Source: an uncultured Streptosporangiaceae bacterium
GTDB lineage: Bacteria > Actinomycetota > Actinomycetes > Streptosporangiales > Streptosporangiaceae
Direction: 5' to 3'
NCBI GenBank assembly: GCA_964412845.1
Contig: CAYPQM010000002.1
Span: 14,497-78,496 of the forward strand
Length of the DNA stretch: 64,000 nt
Below the pieces are notes generated by a model, which searched no databases, had not been told where the DNA came from, and saw only the letters and a program-made list of their open reading frames with translations. Both the position numbers and the translations under genes were made by a program. Positions 51,511 through 60,875 of the stretch are shown piece after piece (within the stretch, counting starts at the first letter, position 1; each line of letters begins with the position of its first letter).

Positions 51511-51586
51511 AGCGGACTCCAGACGTGCAGGGGAAAGGGCGTGCCGAGCCCGCGGGCGGCGGCCAGGGGTGGGGTGTGGCCGGCGG

Positions 51587-52066
51587 TCAGCCGGTGAACT
51601 CGAGGTCGTCGGCCTCGTAGGTGATCCGCGCCTCGAACGCGCAGGTCGTCATGGACTGCGGGGCGGACAGGAACTGCACGTCGATGGCGGTCGGGTTCTC
51701 GGCGACGGACAGGAACGTGCCGTGGGTCTTGTCGCCGATCGGGCCGCCGATGCGGGCGATGACGTCGTCGATGGCCTGATCGAAGGCCGCCTGGTCGCTC
51801 TCGGCGTTGCCGGAAGCAGCAGAGAGGGTCCAGCCGCAGATCAGCTCGAAGCCGTAGTGCGGCATCCGGCGCACGTTCGCGGACCGCGTGACCCGCACGG
51901 CGCGCCGCAGGACCCAGATCTGGTTCTGCCGGGTCGCCGGGGTTCGGGGCGCGTAGGCCTGGACGATGTCCCACCGGCCGCCATTGATCTTCAGCAGTGC
52001 TGGGAGCCCGTCGCCTGAGGTGGTGAGCCACGCGGTTTCGCGGGCGACAGCGTCGGCGGTGGACAC
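51587..52066 (-). CDS. Structural protein of the head-tail joining region (159 aa)
   Basis: Track ORF, called on position. Confidence 0.6.
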   Translation of the reverse strand: MSTADAVARETAWLTTSGDGLPALLKINGGRWDIVQAYAPRTPATRQNQIWVLRRAVRVTRSANVRRMPHYGFELICGWTLSAASGNAESDQAAFDQAIDDVIARIGGPIGDKTHGTFLSVAENPTAIDVQFLSAPQSMTTCAFEARITYEADDLEFTG

Positions 52067-52073
52067 GGGTCGG

Positions 52074-52634
52074 TCACCTCCGCCGTCGTCTGCGTGAGCT
52101 GTGGCGGGTCGATCTGCGGTGGTGGCCGGCGGAGTGCCGGGCGGCGCGGTGGGAGTGCGCGCGGGCGGCCGACATCTTCGCCCTGCGGGCGGCCTTCTCG
52201 GCCGGGGTCATGGCGGCCAGGTGCGCGCGGAGCGAAGCCGTACGCTTCGCGCTTCGGGCGGCCTTCTCAGCCGGGGTGAGCTTGGCGTTCGCCGCCTTGA
52301 GGGCCTTGGAGAGCTTGGCCGTGCGCGCCGCGCGCTGCTCGGCGGTGAGCTTCGCGTTCGCGGCCCTCATCGCCGCCGACTGCTTGGCCGCGCGCGCGGC
52401 CTTCTGGGCCGGGGTGAGTTTCGCCAGGGCGGCCTTGCGTTTGGCGGCCATCGCCGCCTTGCGCGCGGCGCGCTGCGCCGGCGTCATCGCGGCCAGCTTC
52501 TTCTTCATCGCCGCGACGCGCTTGGCGGTCTCGGCCTTCTTCTGCGCCGCAGTGAGGTGGTTCCAGCGCGCCTTCATCCTGGCGGCGAGTGCGGCCCGGG
52601 CCTTGGGCGAGAGGTGGTGCTTTGCCTTGGCCAT
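52074..52634 (-). CDS. Extremely basic Ala/Lys/Arg-rich protein with six tandem 23-aa repeats and a poly-Arg tail
   Basis: Repeat unit (L/M)T(P/A)(A/E)(Q/E)(K/R)AAR.AK...A.....A(K/A), six copies (52143..52556). C-terminus is HHRRSTRHSSRRRRRR. Confidence 0.8.
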   Translation of the reverse strand: MAKAKHHLSPKARAALAARMKARWNHLTAAQKKAETAKRVAAMKKKLAAMTPAQRAARKAAMAAKRKAALAKLTPAQKAARAAKQSAAMRAANAKLTAEQRAARTAKLSKALKAANAKLTPAEKAARSAKRTASLRAHLAAMTPAEKAARRAKMSAARAHSHRAARHSAGHHRRSTRHSSRRRRRR

Positions 52635-52637
52635 TGG

Positions 52638-53294
52638 CTACTCGCGCATGTAGGGCACGAGCATGCTCTGTGCCTTGATCCGCAGCACGTCAGGGTCGTG
52701 GCCGTGGTCGCCGAGCGGATCGAGCTCGTCGATCACGTAGGCGGCGCCCAGATACTTGCAGGCGCGGACCAGGTCGGCCGGGACCGTGCTGTAGCCGCCG
52801 GAGTAGGTGACGTGCACCCGGGAGCCGACGGGCAGGAACAGGCCGAGCTGGAACCAGACGTGCCCGGAGTCCGGGTCCGGGCCGTCGAGCAGGGTCGTCA
52901 CGGTCTGGGTGCCGCCGTAGGAGCGGACGATGCTGATCGAGATGTTCGAGTACGTCCAGTACTCGGGGTGCCGCGGGGCGAACTCGTTCAGCCAGATCTG
53001 CCGCACCTGATCGCTGGAGTTGAGCGAGGCGGCGTAGGACTGGCCGATCGCGCCCTTGATGTCCAGCGGGAGATTCGCCGAGTCGCTGAGCTCGTCGGGA
53101 TCGATGCCCTCAGCGCGGTGCGACTCGGTGATGGTGAACGGGGCCAAACGCCGAGAGCACATGCCCTCCAGCTCCCGGGTGGCCTCGATCAGCGCCTGGT
53201 CGATCGCGTCCGTGGAGTAGTTGCGGACGAGGTCGGCGAAGGCGCCGTTCTCGAGCTGGGCGCGGGTGGCGAGGGGAATCGGAGAGTCTGACAC
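52638..53294 (-). CDS. Head-tail connector/adaptor candidate (218 aa)
   Basis: Position downstream of the capsid genes. Confidence 0.55.
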   Translation of the reverse strand: MSDSPIPLATRAQLENGAFADLVRNYSTDAIDQALIEATRELEGMCSRRLAPFTITESHRAEGIDPDELSDSANLPLDIKGAIGQSYAASLNSSDQVRQIWLNEFAPRHPEYWTYSNISISIVRSYGGTQTVTTLLDGPDPDSGHVWFQLGLFLPVGSRVHVTYSGGYSTVPADLVRACKYLGAAYVIDELDPLGDHGHDPDVLRIKAQSMLVPYMRE

Positions 53295-53322
53295 CGGTCA
53301 TCCCTCCTGCGTCCGCGGCGTT

Positions 53323-53730
53323 CTACTTGCCCTTGCCTCGTGGCTTGGGGGCTTCGACGACCGGGTCGGCCGGCGCGATCTCGGACAGCTCGGGTTCGGT
53401 GGGCGGTTCGTCCGGCTCGGGCTTCGATTCAGCCGCCGGCTCGGGCTCGGGTTCGGCGGCAAGCTCGGGCTCGGGCTCGGGTTCGGCCGTCGGCTCTACG
53501 GCGGCCTCGTCGGTCGCCGCAGGCAGCGGCTCATCGGTCGCACCTTCGTCCTCTGGGTCGTCGTCCGGCTCGTAGATGACTGTGAAGCCCTCCGCGGAGC
53601 CGAGTTCGGCCAGAACGTAGTCGGGGACCTGGATCGCGGCGCCGTCGGTGGGCCACGAGTAGAGCCAGGGGCCGTTGGGTCCGTAGCCGGCGGCGCTGCC
53701 CGCGCGGGTCTTGGCCAGAAGTGCGGCCAT
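53323..53730 (-). CDS. Hypothetical protein with an acidic Pro/Glu-rich C-terminal half (135 aa)
   Basis: MAALLAKTRAGS..., the C-terminal part of track ORF 53323..55275. Directly follows the capsid gene. Confidence 0.6.
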   Translation of the reverse strand: MAALLAKTRAGSAAGYGPNGPWLYSWPTDGAAIQVPDYVLAELGSAEGFTVIYEPDDDPEDEGATDEPLPAATDEAAVEPTAEPEPEPELAAEPEPEPAAESKPEPDEPPTEPELSEIAPADPVVEAPKPRGKGK

Positions 53731-53795
53731 GCGTATCACTCCAGGGGACGGGCGGAGCCCGGGTGGTCCGGGCTCCGCCAGATGGGTGTCTGGGC

Positions 53796-55160
53796 TCAGA
53801 CCGCGACGGCAACGCGGGACAGGCGTCCGGTGTACTTCGGGGCGCGGACGGCCAGGGTGGTGTCCGACACCAGCGCGTAGGGCAGCGAGTCCGGCGACGC
53901 GGTCGTCGGGTAGACGTCGATCGGCTGGAGCTCGCGGACCCAGGGGCGGACCACGAAGTTCCGGTCCCGGGAGATCAGGTAGATGTTCTCCAGGCCGCGG
54001 CCCACCGGGTACATGCCGGTGTTCGTCCCGTAGTACTGCGTCGGCAGCGTGCCCGGGGCGGTGGCGCCGTTCATCGGCACCAGCGCAGTGCCGGTGTCGA
54101 CGATTGAGGTGGTCAGGATCGGGGTGACGCCGTCGGCGCCCAGGCCCACGGTGGCGTCGACGTAGCCGAGGAAGGTCTCGGCGCCGGCGGCGGTGGAGCG
54201 GTAGACCTTGAGCAGGGTCGGCTGGGCCCCGTCCAGGCCGCTCGGCGTGGAGAAGCTCAGGGTGACGGTCGAGGTGGAGCCGGTGGTGGTCTGGCTGACC
54301 TCGGCCGAGGCGATGACCTCGCCCTGGCGGGCGATGACCGCGCCGAGCCGGTACCAGTAGGTGTTCGCCGCCAGGGTGCCGCCGGTGCCGGCGGTGGCCG
54401 TGGTGACGGAGCCGACGTTGTAGTTGCGGGCGGACAGCATCGAGCTCTTGATCAGGGGGATGTCGCGGTAGGTCGGGACGATCAGACCCGCGGCGACCTC
54501 GACGCGGTCGGCGAAACGCTGCTGGTTCTGTAGCAGCTGCGCGATCTTGCTGATCGCGGTGTTCGACATGACCATCATCCAGGTGTCGTCGAACACGTTC
54601 ATGGCCGCGTTGGTCTCGACCATGTCGATCAGCTCGTCCAGCATCGCCAGCGTCAGCGTGTTGCCGGTCTGGTCGATCGCGTTCTGCGCGCCGCCGGAGT
54701 AGGTCGAGACCTGGGTGTCCAGGCCGTCGAACTGCGGCGCCGCACCGGTGACGGTGGAGGCGGAGTTGCCCCACAGGATGCCGGCCTCGGTGTCCCAGGT
54801 CAGGCCCCGGATGGCGCCCTCGATTTCGGTGGTGCGCAGGTTCTGGATGACCTGCTTGGTGACCTGCTGGGCGTAGCCGGTGACGGCGCCGACCACCTGG
54901 AGGTGCTTGATCTGGAAGCTGTTCTGCACGTAGGTGCTGGTGCTGACCGGGCGCGCGCCGCCGTCGGGGACGAATCCGCCGCTGGCGACCTGGTTTCGGT
55001 TGTTCCAGTAGTACGTGTCGGAGTCCCACTTCTGGCTCGGCAGCGAGCGCACCAGCGGGGAGTAGCGCCGCTGGTACTCCAGCAGCATCGGGTCGATGAT
55101 CTTCGGGACGAGTGCGGATGCACCGGCCGCGGTCAGAGCCTCGCGGAGCTCGGAGGTCAT
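53796..55160 (-). CDS. Major capsid protein (454 aa)
   Basis: Position after the scaffold/protease gene, with size and composition typical of HK97-fold capsid proteins. Confidence 0.8.
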   Translation of the reverse strand: MTSELREALTAAGASALVPKIIDPMLLEYQRRYSPLVRSLPSQKWDSDTYYWNNRNQVASGGFVPDGGARPVSTSTYVQNSFQIKHLQVVGAVTGYAQQVTKQVIQNLRTTEIEGAIRGLTWDTEAGILWGNSASTVTGAAPQFDGLDTQVSTYSGGAQNAIDQTGNTLTLAMLDELIDMVETNAAMNVFDDTWMMVMSNTAISKIAQLLQNQQRFADRVEVAAGLIVPTYRDIPLIKSSMLSARNYNVGSVTTATAGTGGTLAANTYWYRLGAVIARQGEVIASAEVSQTTTGSTSTVTLSFSTPSGLDGAQPTLLKVYRSTAAGAETFLGYVDATVGLGADGVTPILTTSIVDTGTALVPMNGATAPGTLPTQYYGTNTGMYPVGRGLENIYLISRDRNFVVRPWVRELQPIDVYPTTASPDSLPYALVSDTTLAVRAPKYTGRLSRVAVAV

Positions 55161-55207
55161 GGTTCGCCTGTCTTTCGGCAGCGAGGGCTGTTAGGCCCTG
55201 GAATGGC

Positions 55208-55233
55208 GAAAGCCCCCGGTGACGGGGGCTTTC
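55208..55233. terminator. Symmetric hairpin GAAAGCCCCCG-gtga-CGGGGGCTTTC between the scaffold and capsid genes
   Basis: Perfect 11-bp stem in a 176-bp intergenic gap inside the late operon. Confidence 0.5.
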
Positions 55234-55336
55234 AGGGGGATGGCGGGGGTTGACCATCGCTGCCGTGCGCGGCACCGGCCCCGGCGTCGGGGCTGGCGGT
55301 CGTAGGGTCTTGCGGGAGTACCGGCGGGGCGGCGGG

Positions 55337-57064
55337 TCAGCGCGGGAGGGCGCGGTTGCCCATCACGTACTGGTCCAGCTGCGGACCGAAGTAGGCCTGG
55401 CGCTCCTCGGCCGTGTACTTGTGCAGCGGCTTCTGCGGCCAGCTCTCCGGCAGCGCGTCGCCGTTGTCGGCCTCCTCGAGGTCCTGGGCGGCGCCGCTGA
55501 CCAGGCCCTTGCGGCCGGGGCCACGGCCGGACTCGACGATGTCCTGGATCATGCGTGTCCGCTCGGTGGCCAGGCGCTCCTCGACGATCCGGGCGATGCG
55601 CTGGTCGTCGGTCTCGGTGACCTGCGCGGCCGGGGCCGGGGCGGCCTCGGTGGCCGCGGGCGCCGCGGCGGCGGGGGCCGCCGGGGCTGCGGCGGCCGGC
55701 GCGGTGCGGGCCAGGAGCGCCTCGAACTGCTCGGCGGTCAGGGTGATCGGGGCGGCCGCGGCCGGGGCTGCCTCGGCAGCCGGGGCGGTCTCGACCGCCG
55801 TGGTGGTGGGCTCGGTCACGACCGGCTCCTCCGTTTCGGTGTGGGGGTCGGCGGCCGGGTCGGGCGCCGCGGTGGTGGTTTCGGGGGCGGCGTGCTCGCC
55901 GGAGTCCGGGGTTCCCTCGGCCGGGTCTTCGGCTTCGGCCAGCTCGGGACCGTCGGGGGTGCTCTCCAGCCGCTCGGCAGCGGTCTCGCCCATGGAGCCA
56001 TCGGTGTCCTCCGCGTCGGCGCCGGGGACGTCCATGTCGCCGTCCATGTCCGGGTCGATGGCGGTCAGGCAGGCCACGGCGCCAGCCATCGCGGCCTTGC
56101 CGATCAGGTCGAGGTCAGCGGGGTCGACGCAGTAGGAGGAGACGGAGATGTTGATCGGACCGTTGGACAGCGAGATGCAGAAGCTGCCGCGCTCGCGGTC
56201 GTCCAGGTAGTGCTCGGCGAGCTGCTCGGTCTCGGTGACGACGCCGATGCGGTCGATGAGCCAGCCCTCGTCGGTGGAGATCTCCACGCCGAAGCGCTTC
56301 AGCGCCGACTTGATCCGCTGCTTGATCCGCTTGAGCTGCGGGCCGGTGTAGGGCTTGGCGTTGTCGGCCTGGTGGATGTACGACCAGGCGGCCTTGGCCT
56401 GGGCCTTGGTGTCCAGGGCGTAGCGCTTGGCCTTGTCCGGCTGGTAGCCGGGGTCGGCGTACGTCGACGCCTTGGTCTGCGGCGCCGCGGCGGCGCCGGA
56501 CTTCAGGGGCGCGGCAGCCTCCTGGATCTGCGAGGTCACCAGTGCCTCCTGGACGGATTCGTAGATCAGGGCCCGGCCGTCAGATTCGGCGAGGCGCTTG
56601 ACGTTGTCGATGACGGCGCCGGCGACGCCGGGCTTCCGTGTGAAGTCCAGACCGTCGAGTTCGAGGTCGTCGGCGGTCTCGACGGGCTGGCCGTCGTGCA
56701 GCTCTTGGCGCGGCTGGCCCATCCAGGCGCCGCGGATCGAGGTGTTCCGCAGGAACGGGTCTCCGCCGTCAGTGTCGATCAGGCCGGCGATGGTGTGGCC
56801 GTGCGTGGTGTCTGCGATGTCCGCGCTGAAGCGCGCGGAGCCGTCCTCGGCCAACGTCATGCCGGTGAGCCGGCCGACGATGTGGGTGGAGTCGTCCTCG
56901 GCCGCGTGGTGGGTGAGCATCGTCATCGGCGCGGAGCCGTCGGCGATGCGGGCCTGGGCCCGGGCAACGGCCTTGGCGATGGCCTCGCGGGTGTAGAGCC
57001 GGCCGTTGCGGCTGACGCCGGGGACCAGCGCGGTGCCGGTGATGGTCGCGATGCGCTTAGCCAC
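55337..57064 (-). CDS. Scaffolding/prohead-protease-like protein (575 aa) with an Ala/Pro-rich low-complexity segment
   Basis: N-terminus ITGTALVPGVSRNGRLYTREAI... Position between the MuF region and the capsid gene. Protease catalytic residues not verified. Confidence 0.6.
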   Translation of the reverse strand: MAKRIATITGTALVPGVSRNGRLYTREAIAKAVARAQARIADGSAPMTMLTHHAAEDDSTHIVGRLTGMTLAEDGSARFSADIADTTHGHTIAGLIDTDGGDPFLRNTSIRGAWMGQPRQELHDGQPVETADDLELDGLDFTRKPGVAGAVIDNVKRLAESDGRALIYESVQEALVTSQIQEAAAPLKSGAAAAPQTKASTYADPGYQPDKAKRYALDTKAQAKAAWSYIHQADNAKPYTGPQLKRIKQRIKSALKRFGVEISTDEGWLIDRIGVVTETEQLAEHYLDDRERGSFCISLSNGPINISVSSYCVDPADLDLIGKAAMAGAVACLTAIDPDMDGDMDVPGADAEDTDGSMGETAAERLESTPDGPELAEAEDPAEGTPDSGEHAAPETTTAAPDPAADPHTETEEPVVTEPTTTAVETAPAAEAAPAAAAPITLTAEQFEALLARTAPAAAAPAAPAAAAPAATEAAPAPAAQVTETDDQRIARIVEERLATERTRMIQDIVESGRGPGRKGLVSGAAQDLEEADNGDALPESWPQKPLHKYTAEERQAYFGPQLDQYVMGNRALPR

Positions 57065-57266
57065 GGCGGCCTCCTCGCGGGGTCTGGAGGACGGCTCGGG
57101 CGTGTGCCTTGGCGATCGCGTCCTTGGCGATGTCGGCGACGGCGGCGCGCACCTGCCGGTCGGAGCGGATCAGCTGGATCAGGAGGTCGCGCAGGCCTTC
57201 GTCGTCCGCGTCGGGGTTGGTGTCGGCCAGCGCGGAGGCGGCCCGCACTCGGCGGGGGGTGTGCAT
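57057..57266 (-). CDS. Small hypothetical protein (69 aa)
   Basis: Track ORF. 8-nt overlap with the downstream gene. Confidence 0.45.
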   Translation of the reverse strand: MHTPRRVRAASALADTNPDADDEGLRDLLIQLIRSDRQVRAAVADIAKDAIAKAHARAVLQTPRGGRRG

Positions 57267-57267
57267 G

Positions 57268-57720
57268 TCAGCTCGACACGCCGATCAGCGCGGTGACGGT
57301 CGGTGAGGTGCCGCCGGTCAGGGTGGTGAGGTTCGCGCGGACGTACCGGGCCGGGGTGTTGGACGCGGTCGCCACCGCGGTGCCCGAGGTGTTCGACGTG
57401 GCCGACCCCAGGGAGTACCAGTTCGTGCCGTCCAGGGAGCCCTGCAGCTGGACCCCGCAGCCGGACGGGCCGCCGGCGACGGTGACCGCCATGCTGAAGT
57501 TCCCGTGGCAGACGCCCAGGTCGTAGGGTGTGCCCCCGCCGGTGGCGGCGGCGGCGGCCAGAGAGCTCAGCGGCAGAAGGCCGGCGCCGACGGACAGCTT
57601 GCCGTAGACCGGCGCCGGCGAGGCGCCGACCGCCGTGGCCAGCGAACTGGCGCCCGTGACGGTGGATGCGATCGGGTAGCCGTTGTCGTCGTAGTTGGTG
57701 GAGATGCCGTTCTTGGCCAT
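57268..57720 (-). CDS. Beta-rich hypothetical structural protein (150 aa), paralogous to 57780..58181
   Basis: VQLQGSLDGTNWYSLG... compared with VYLDLQDAAGNWLTQI... in the neighbouring gene. Confidence 0.6.
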   Translation of the reverse strand: MAKNGISTNYDDNGYPIASTVTGASSLATAVGASPAPVYGKLSVGAGLLPLSSLAAAAATGGGTPYDLGVCHGNFSMAVTVAGGPSGCGVQLQGSLDGTNWYSLGSATSNTSGTAVATASNTPARYVRANLTTLTGGTSPTVTALIGVSS

Positions 57721-57779
57721 GGCGGCCGCCTTTCGAGGTCAGTGAGGGTGCGGGCCGGGAGGCGGCCGGGCGGTGGGGA

Positions 57780-58181
57780 TCAGCGGCCGTACAGCGAGAC
57801 GACCGTGCCGGTGAAGGTCGGGGTGGCGGTGCCGCCGACGGTCCAGGAGATGCGGCCGTACTCGGGCAGCACTACCGGCATCAGGCCGGTGCCCGACGGC
57901 AGATGCAGGCCGGCCGAGCCCGATGCGGACCCTGCGCCGGTGAGCTGCGGGGTCGCGTGGAGGATCTGGGTGAGCCAGTTCCCGGCGGCGTCCTGCAGGT
58001 CCAGGTAGACGTCCAGGGTCGGGTTGGTGCCGGTGGCCGCGGTAACGGAGACTGCCAGCCACAGGGAGTTGACGTACCGCAGGTCGATCGGGGTATTGCC
58101 GGAGTTTCCGCTGGCTGCCAGGGTCGTGCCGGGGTTGCTCCGGTTCGACCACAGGAGCTTCGCGGACGGGGTCGAGTGCAC
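57780..58181 (-). CDS. Beta-rich hypothetical structural protein (133 aa)
   Basis: Track ORF. Weak similarity to 57268..57720. Confidence 0.6.
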   Translation of the reverse strand: MHSTPSAKLLWSNRSNPGTTLAASGNSGNTPIDLRYVNSLWLAVSVTAATGTNPTLDVYLDLQDAAGNWLTQILHATPQLTGAGSASGSAGLHLPSGTGLMPVVLPEYGRISWTVGGTATPTFTGTVVSLYGR

Positions 58182-58206
58182 GGGTGCTCCAGGGTGTGGC
58201 GTGTGG

Positions 58207-59190
58207 TCAGGCAGCGAAGGCGTCTTGGTACGCGCCGGGGATGTTGATCTCGGCGGTCGGGACGCAGCGGCAGCGGGGGTGCGCGGGCATCGGCGGGAAG
58301 TCCTCGACCGGCCAGGGCGAGGCGGCCTCGTTGGCGTCGCACACCGGGCAGACCCTGGTGTCTCCCGCTGTCAGCCAGGAGACGCGGGTCACGCCTTCGG
58401 TGCGGTACAGGCTCAGCGCGCCCTGGGCCATGGCGGTGTTCAGGGCCCAGTCGACGACGAAGGAGACGGCCTCGACGGTCGCGCCGTCCAGGATCTCGAC
58501 AGCGCCGGCGAGCATCTCCTCGTAGGAGGCCCCCGCCTCGGCGGCGTCGGCCAGCGCACGGCCGAGGTCGCCGGTGGCTCGGTCGAGCATCTTGCCGAGC
58601 CAGCCGTCCGCTTCCCCCCACAGGTCTTCGAGGTTCGCGAGCTGCTCGTAGGCGTGGGTGAACGCGATGTCGAAGTCCAGGCCGACGATGCCGAGGCGCT
58701 CGGCGGCTTGGGCGACGGCGCCGACGACGCCTTCGGCGCGCCCGACGGCGACGGCGTTGCGTAGCGCCGTGCGGATCTTGGCCCAGGCATCGCCGTACGG
58801 CAGCATCCCGAGCAGGATCTTCACGCTCCGGACCGCGCGCGCCCAGATGCCCTGGTCGCGGCCTTCGGCGATGCCGTCGGTCAGGCTCTTGCGGAAGTCG
58901 CGGACCATGTCGGCGATGGCCTGGCGGGTGAAGCCGCCGCGCCACGCGTCGGCCACGAGCTCCGTCTGCTCGGCGGCGAGCTGGTCCCGCCGGTCGAAGA
59001 TTAGGGCCCAGGTGCCTTCCAGGGAGCCGAGCTTGAGCGTGACCTCGAGGATCTGTGGCTCGTCGGCGTGCTCGCAGGCCAGCGCGACCGCGGCGCGGCA
59101 GCCGGCCCGGGTGCGGGCGTTGATCGGGCCGCCGGAGCGTGCGAGGCCGGCGGCGTAGGCGTGGCGGGCGTACGGCGCGATTGGATGCAC
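58207..59190 (-). CDS. MuF-like minor capsid protein (SPP1 gp7 family)
   Basis: C-terminal WLTAGDTRVCPVCDANE...PAHPRCRCVP motif. Follows the portal gene. Confidence 0.85.
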   Translation of the reverse strand: MHPIAPYARHAYAAGLARSGGPINARTRAGCRAAVALACEHADEPQILEVTLKLGSLEGTWALIFDRRDQLAAEQTELVADAWRGGFTRQAIADMVRDFRKSLTDGIAEGRDQGIWARAVRSVKILLGMLPYGDAWAKIRTALRNAVAVGRAEGVVGAVAQAAERLGIVGLDFDIAFTHAYEQLANLEDLWGEADGWLGKMLDRATGDLGRALADAAEAGASYEEMLAGAVEILDGATVEAVSFVVDWALNTAMAQGALSLYRTEGVTRVSWLTAGDTRVCPVCDANEAASPWPVEDFPPMPAHPRCRCVPTAEINIPGAYQDAFAA

Positions 59191-59202
59191 CGCAGCCCCC
59201 CG

Positions 59203-59337
59203 TCAGCCGATGATCTTCGGGATGAGGGCTTGGACATCCTGGGCCCGCAGCGGGTGTCCCGGGCCGTTTTCGGGTTCCTCGGCGACGTCGGGATTCCCGT
59301 CGTCGTCGTCGCCGTCGGTGTCGGCCGGGTCGGTCAC
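59203..59337 (-). CDS. Possible small acidic protein (44 aa, GTG start in a GTGA overlap with the portal stop)
   Basis: Hand translation VTDPADTDGDDDDGNPDVAEEPENGPGHPLRAQDVQALIPKIIG. Fills the portal-MuF gap. Confidence 0.35.
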   Translation of the reverse strand: MTDPADTDGDDDDGNPDVAEEPENGPGHPLRAQDVQALIPKIIG

Positions 59338-60854
59338 GCGGCTTCCTCAGGGTCGTCGTCGGGCAGGCTGATCAGGGCCTCGCGCAGGCGGCGGCGGTAC
59401 CGCTTCGCCCAGCTTTCTTTGGTCTCTGGGTTTTCATCAGAGCCCGGATCGTCCTCCCCGTCGCGTGGTGGCCCGGCTTCGGCGTCGGCGCCGGACTTCG
59501 GGGCTGGCGTGGGGGCCGGGGTCTTGCTGGCGACCGTGGCCGTGCTCATGGCCTTCATGTCGGACCACAGGACGACGTTCTGGCGGTCGACGAGGATGGG
59601 TTCGTTGCCGCCGTCGACCGGCGGTTCGCCGATCTCGGTCCGGTACCGGTTGAGGGTCCAGGAGCCGTTGCGCAGGCGGGTGTCGCGGATGTCCTCGATC
59701 GTCTTGGAGTCACGGAGGTCGACCTCGCCGAATTTGAGGCACCAGTCGGTGATGCCGAAGCCGACGCGCACGATGTGGTAGTTGATCTTCTCCAGGACCA
59801 GCTGAGCGATCGGGTCGCAGGTGTTGACGTGGAAGGTCTTCATCTGGGACTCGCCGGTACCCGAGCCGAGGTGCCCGGACTCGATCACGCTGGCCATCGC
59901 CGGCGGGACGCCGAGCGCGGCGAGGATCTCGTCACGCTTCTGGTCCAGCCAGGTCTCGACGTCCGTGATGCGGCCGGGCTGGAGCTCGGTGACCCGGCCG
60001 CCGTTCTTCGTCGGGATCGGCGCGCCGATGTTCCGCGCGCCGATGTTCCGCTGCGAGTACCGGGCCATCCAGCGGTTGATCTCCGCGGTCGGCATGCCGG
60101 CCGGGAAGTCGACGTGGACGGTCGGCGGCAGTCCCTTGCGGAACATCTCCTTGCCGGTCGCGGCGGCGAACAGCCAGGCGGTGATGGGCACTTGGGCGGC
60201 GAGCAGCGGTGACACTCCGAAGACGCCGCTCCGCGGGGCGTCCATCGAAATGTGGATCACCTCGCGCGGCTTGAACGTCGCGCGCTGCCCGAAGTCGGTG
60301 ATCTGGACGTAGCCGGTGATCGTGCCGTGCTCGTCGGCCTTGGGGTACATCGTCGGGGCGTCGAGGGAGTACAGCGAGACCGGGAGGTTGCCGACCCAGA
60401 CGACCTCGATGTAGGCGTCGCCGAAAACCATCAGGTCGGTGATGACGCCGCGCATCAGCTGCCGGATGTCCTCGCGTTCGTTGGTGAACGCCAGGAGCCG
60501 CTCCAGCGCGAGGACCTGGGCCGGCTTGTCGGGGATCTCCTGGTCGCCCTCGCCGGTATCGCCGTTCCAGTCGGTGACCAGGCCGCCGGCGGTGATGGTG
60601 CGGGCAACCGCGTTGACGCCGGAAAAGGCCCAGGGGCAGGAGATGTAGCTGTCGTACAGTTCCGTCAGGACCGACTTGCGGTCGGACTGGGTGGAGGCGC
60701 CGACCGCCTGGTTGTACTCGGAGATGCCGCCGGGCGGGATGCCGTACTCGAAGCCGGACCGCTCGGGGGTCTTCGGCGCCAGGCCGGCGGCCGGCGCGGC
60801 CTCGGTGACGTCGTAGCGGGACCGCCACGGGCGCATCCAGGAGGGCAGTGCCAC
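59334..60854 (-). CDS. Portal protein (506 aa)
   Basis: Immediately downstream of the large terminase. Size and composition fit. Confidence 0.9.
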   Translation of the reverse strand: MALPSWMRPWRSRYDVTEAAPAAGLAPKTPERSGFEYGIPPGGISEYNQAVGASTQSDRKSVLTELYDSYISCPWAFSGVNAVARTITAGGLVTDWNGDTGEGDQEIPDKPAQVLALERLLAFTNEREDIRQLMRGVITDLMVFGDAYIEVVWVGNLPVSLYSLDAPTMYPKADEHGTITGYVQITDFGQRATFKPREVIHISMDAPRSGVFGVSPLLAAQVPITAWLFAAATGKEMFRKGLPPTVHVDFPAGMPTAEINRWMARYSQRNIGARNIGAPIPTKNGGRVTELQPGRITDVETWLDQKRDEILAALGVPPAMASVIESGHLGSGTGESQMKTFHVNTCDPIAQLVLEKINYHIVRVGFGITDWCLKFGEVDLRDSKTIEDIRDTRLRNGSWTLNRYRTEIGEPPVDGGNEPILVDRQNVVLWSDMKAMSTATVASKTPAPTPAPKSGADAEAGPPRDGEDDPGSDENPETKESWAKRYRRRLREALISLPDDDPEEAA

Positions 60855-60875
60855 CGGCCCTCCTCGGGGTTCAGG

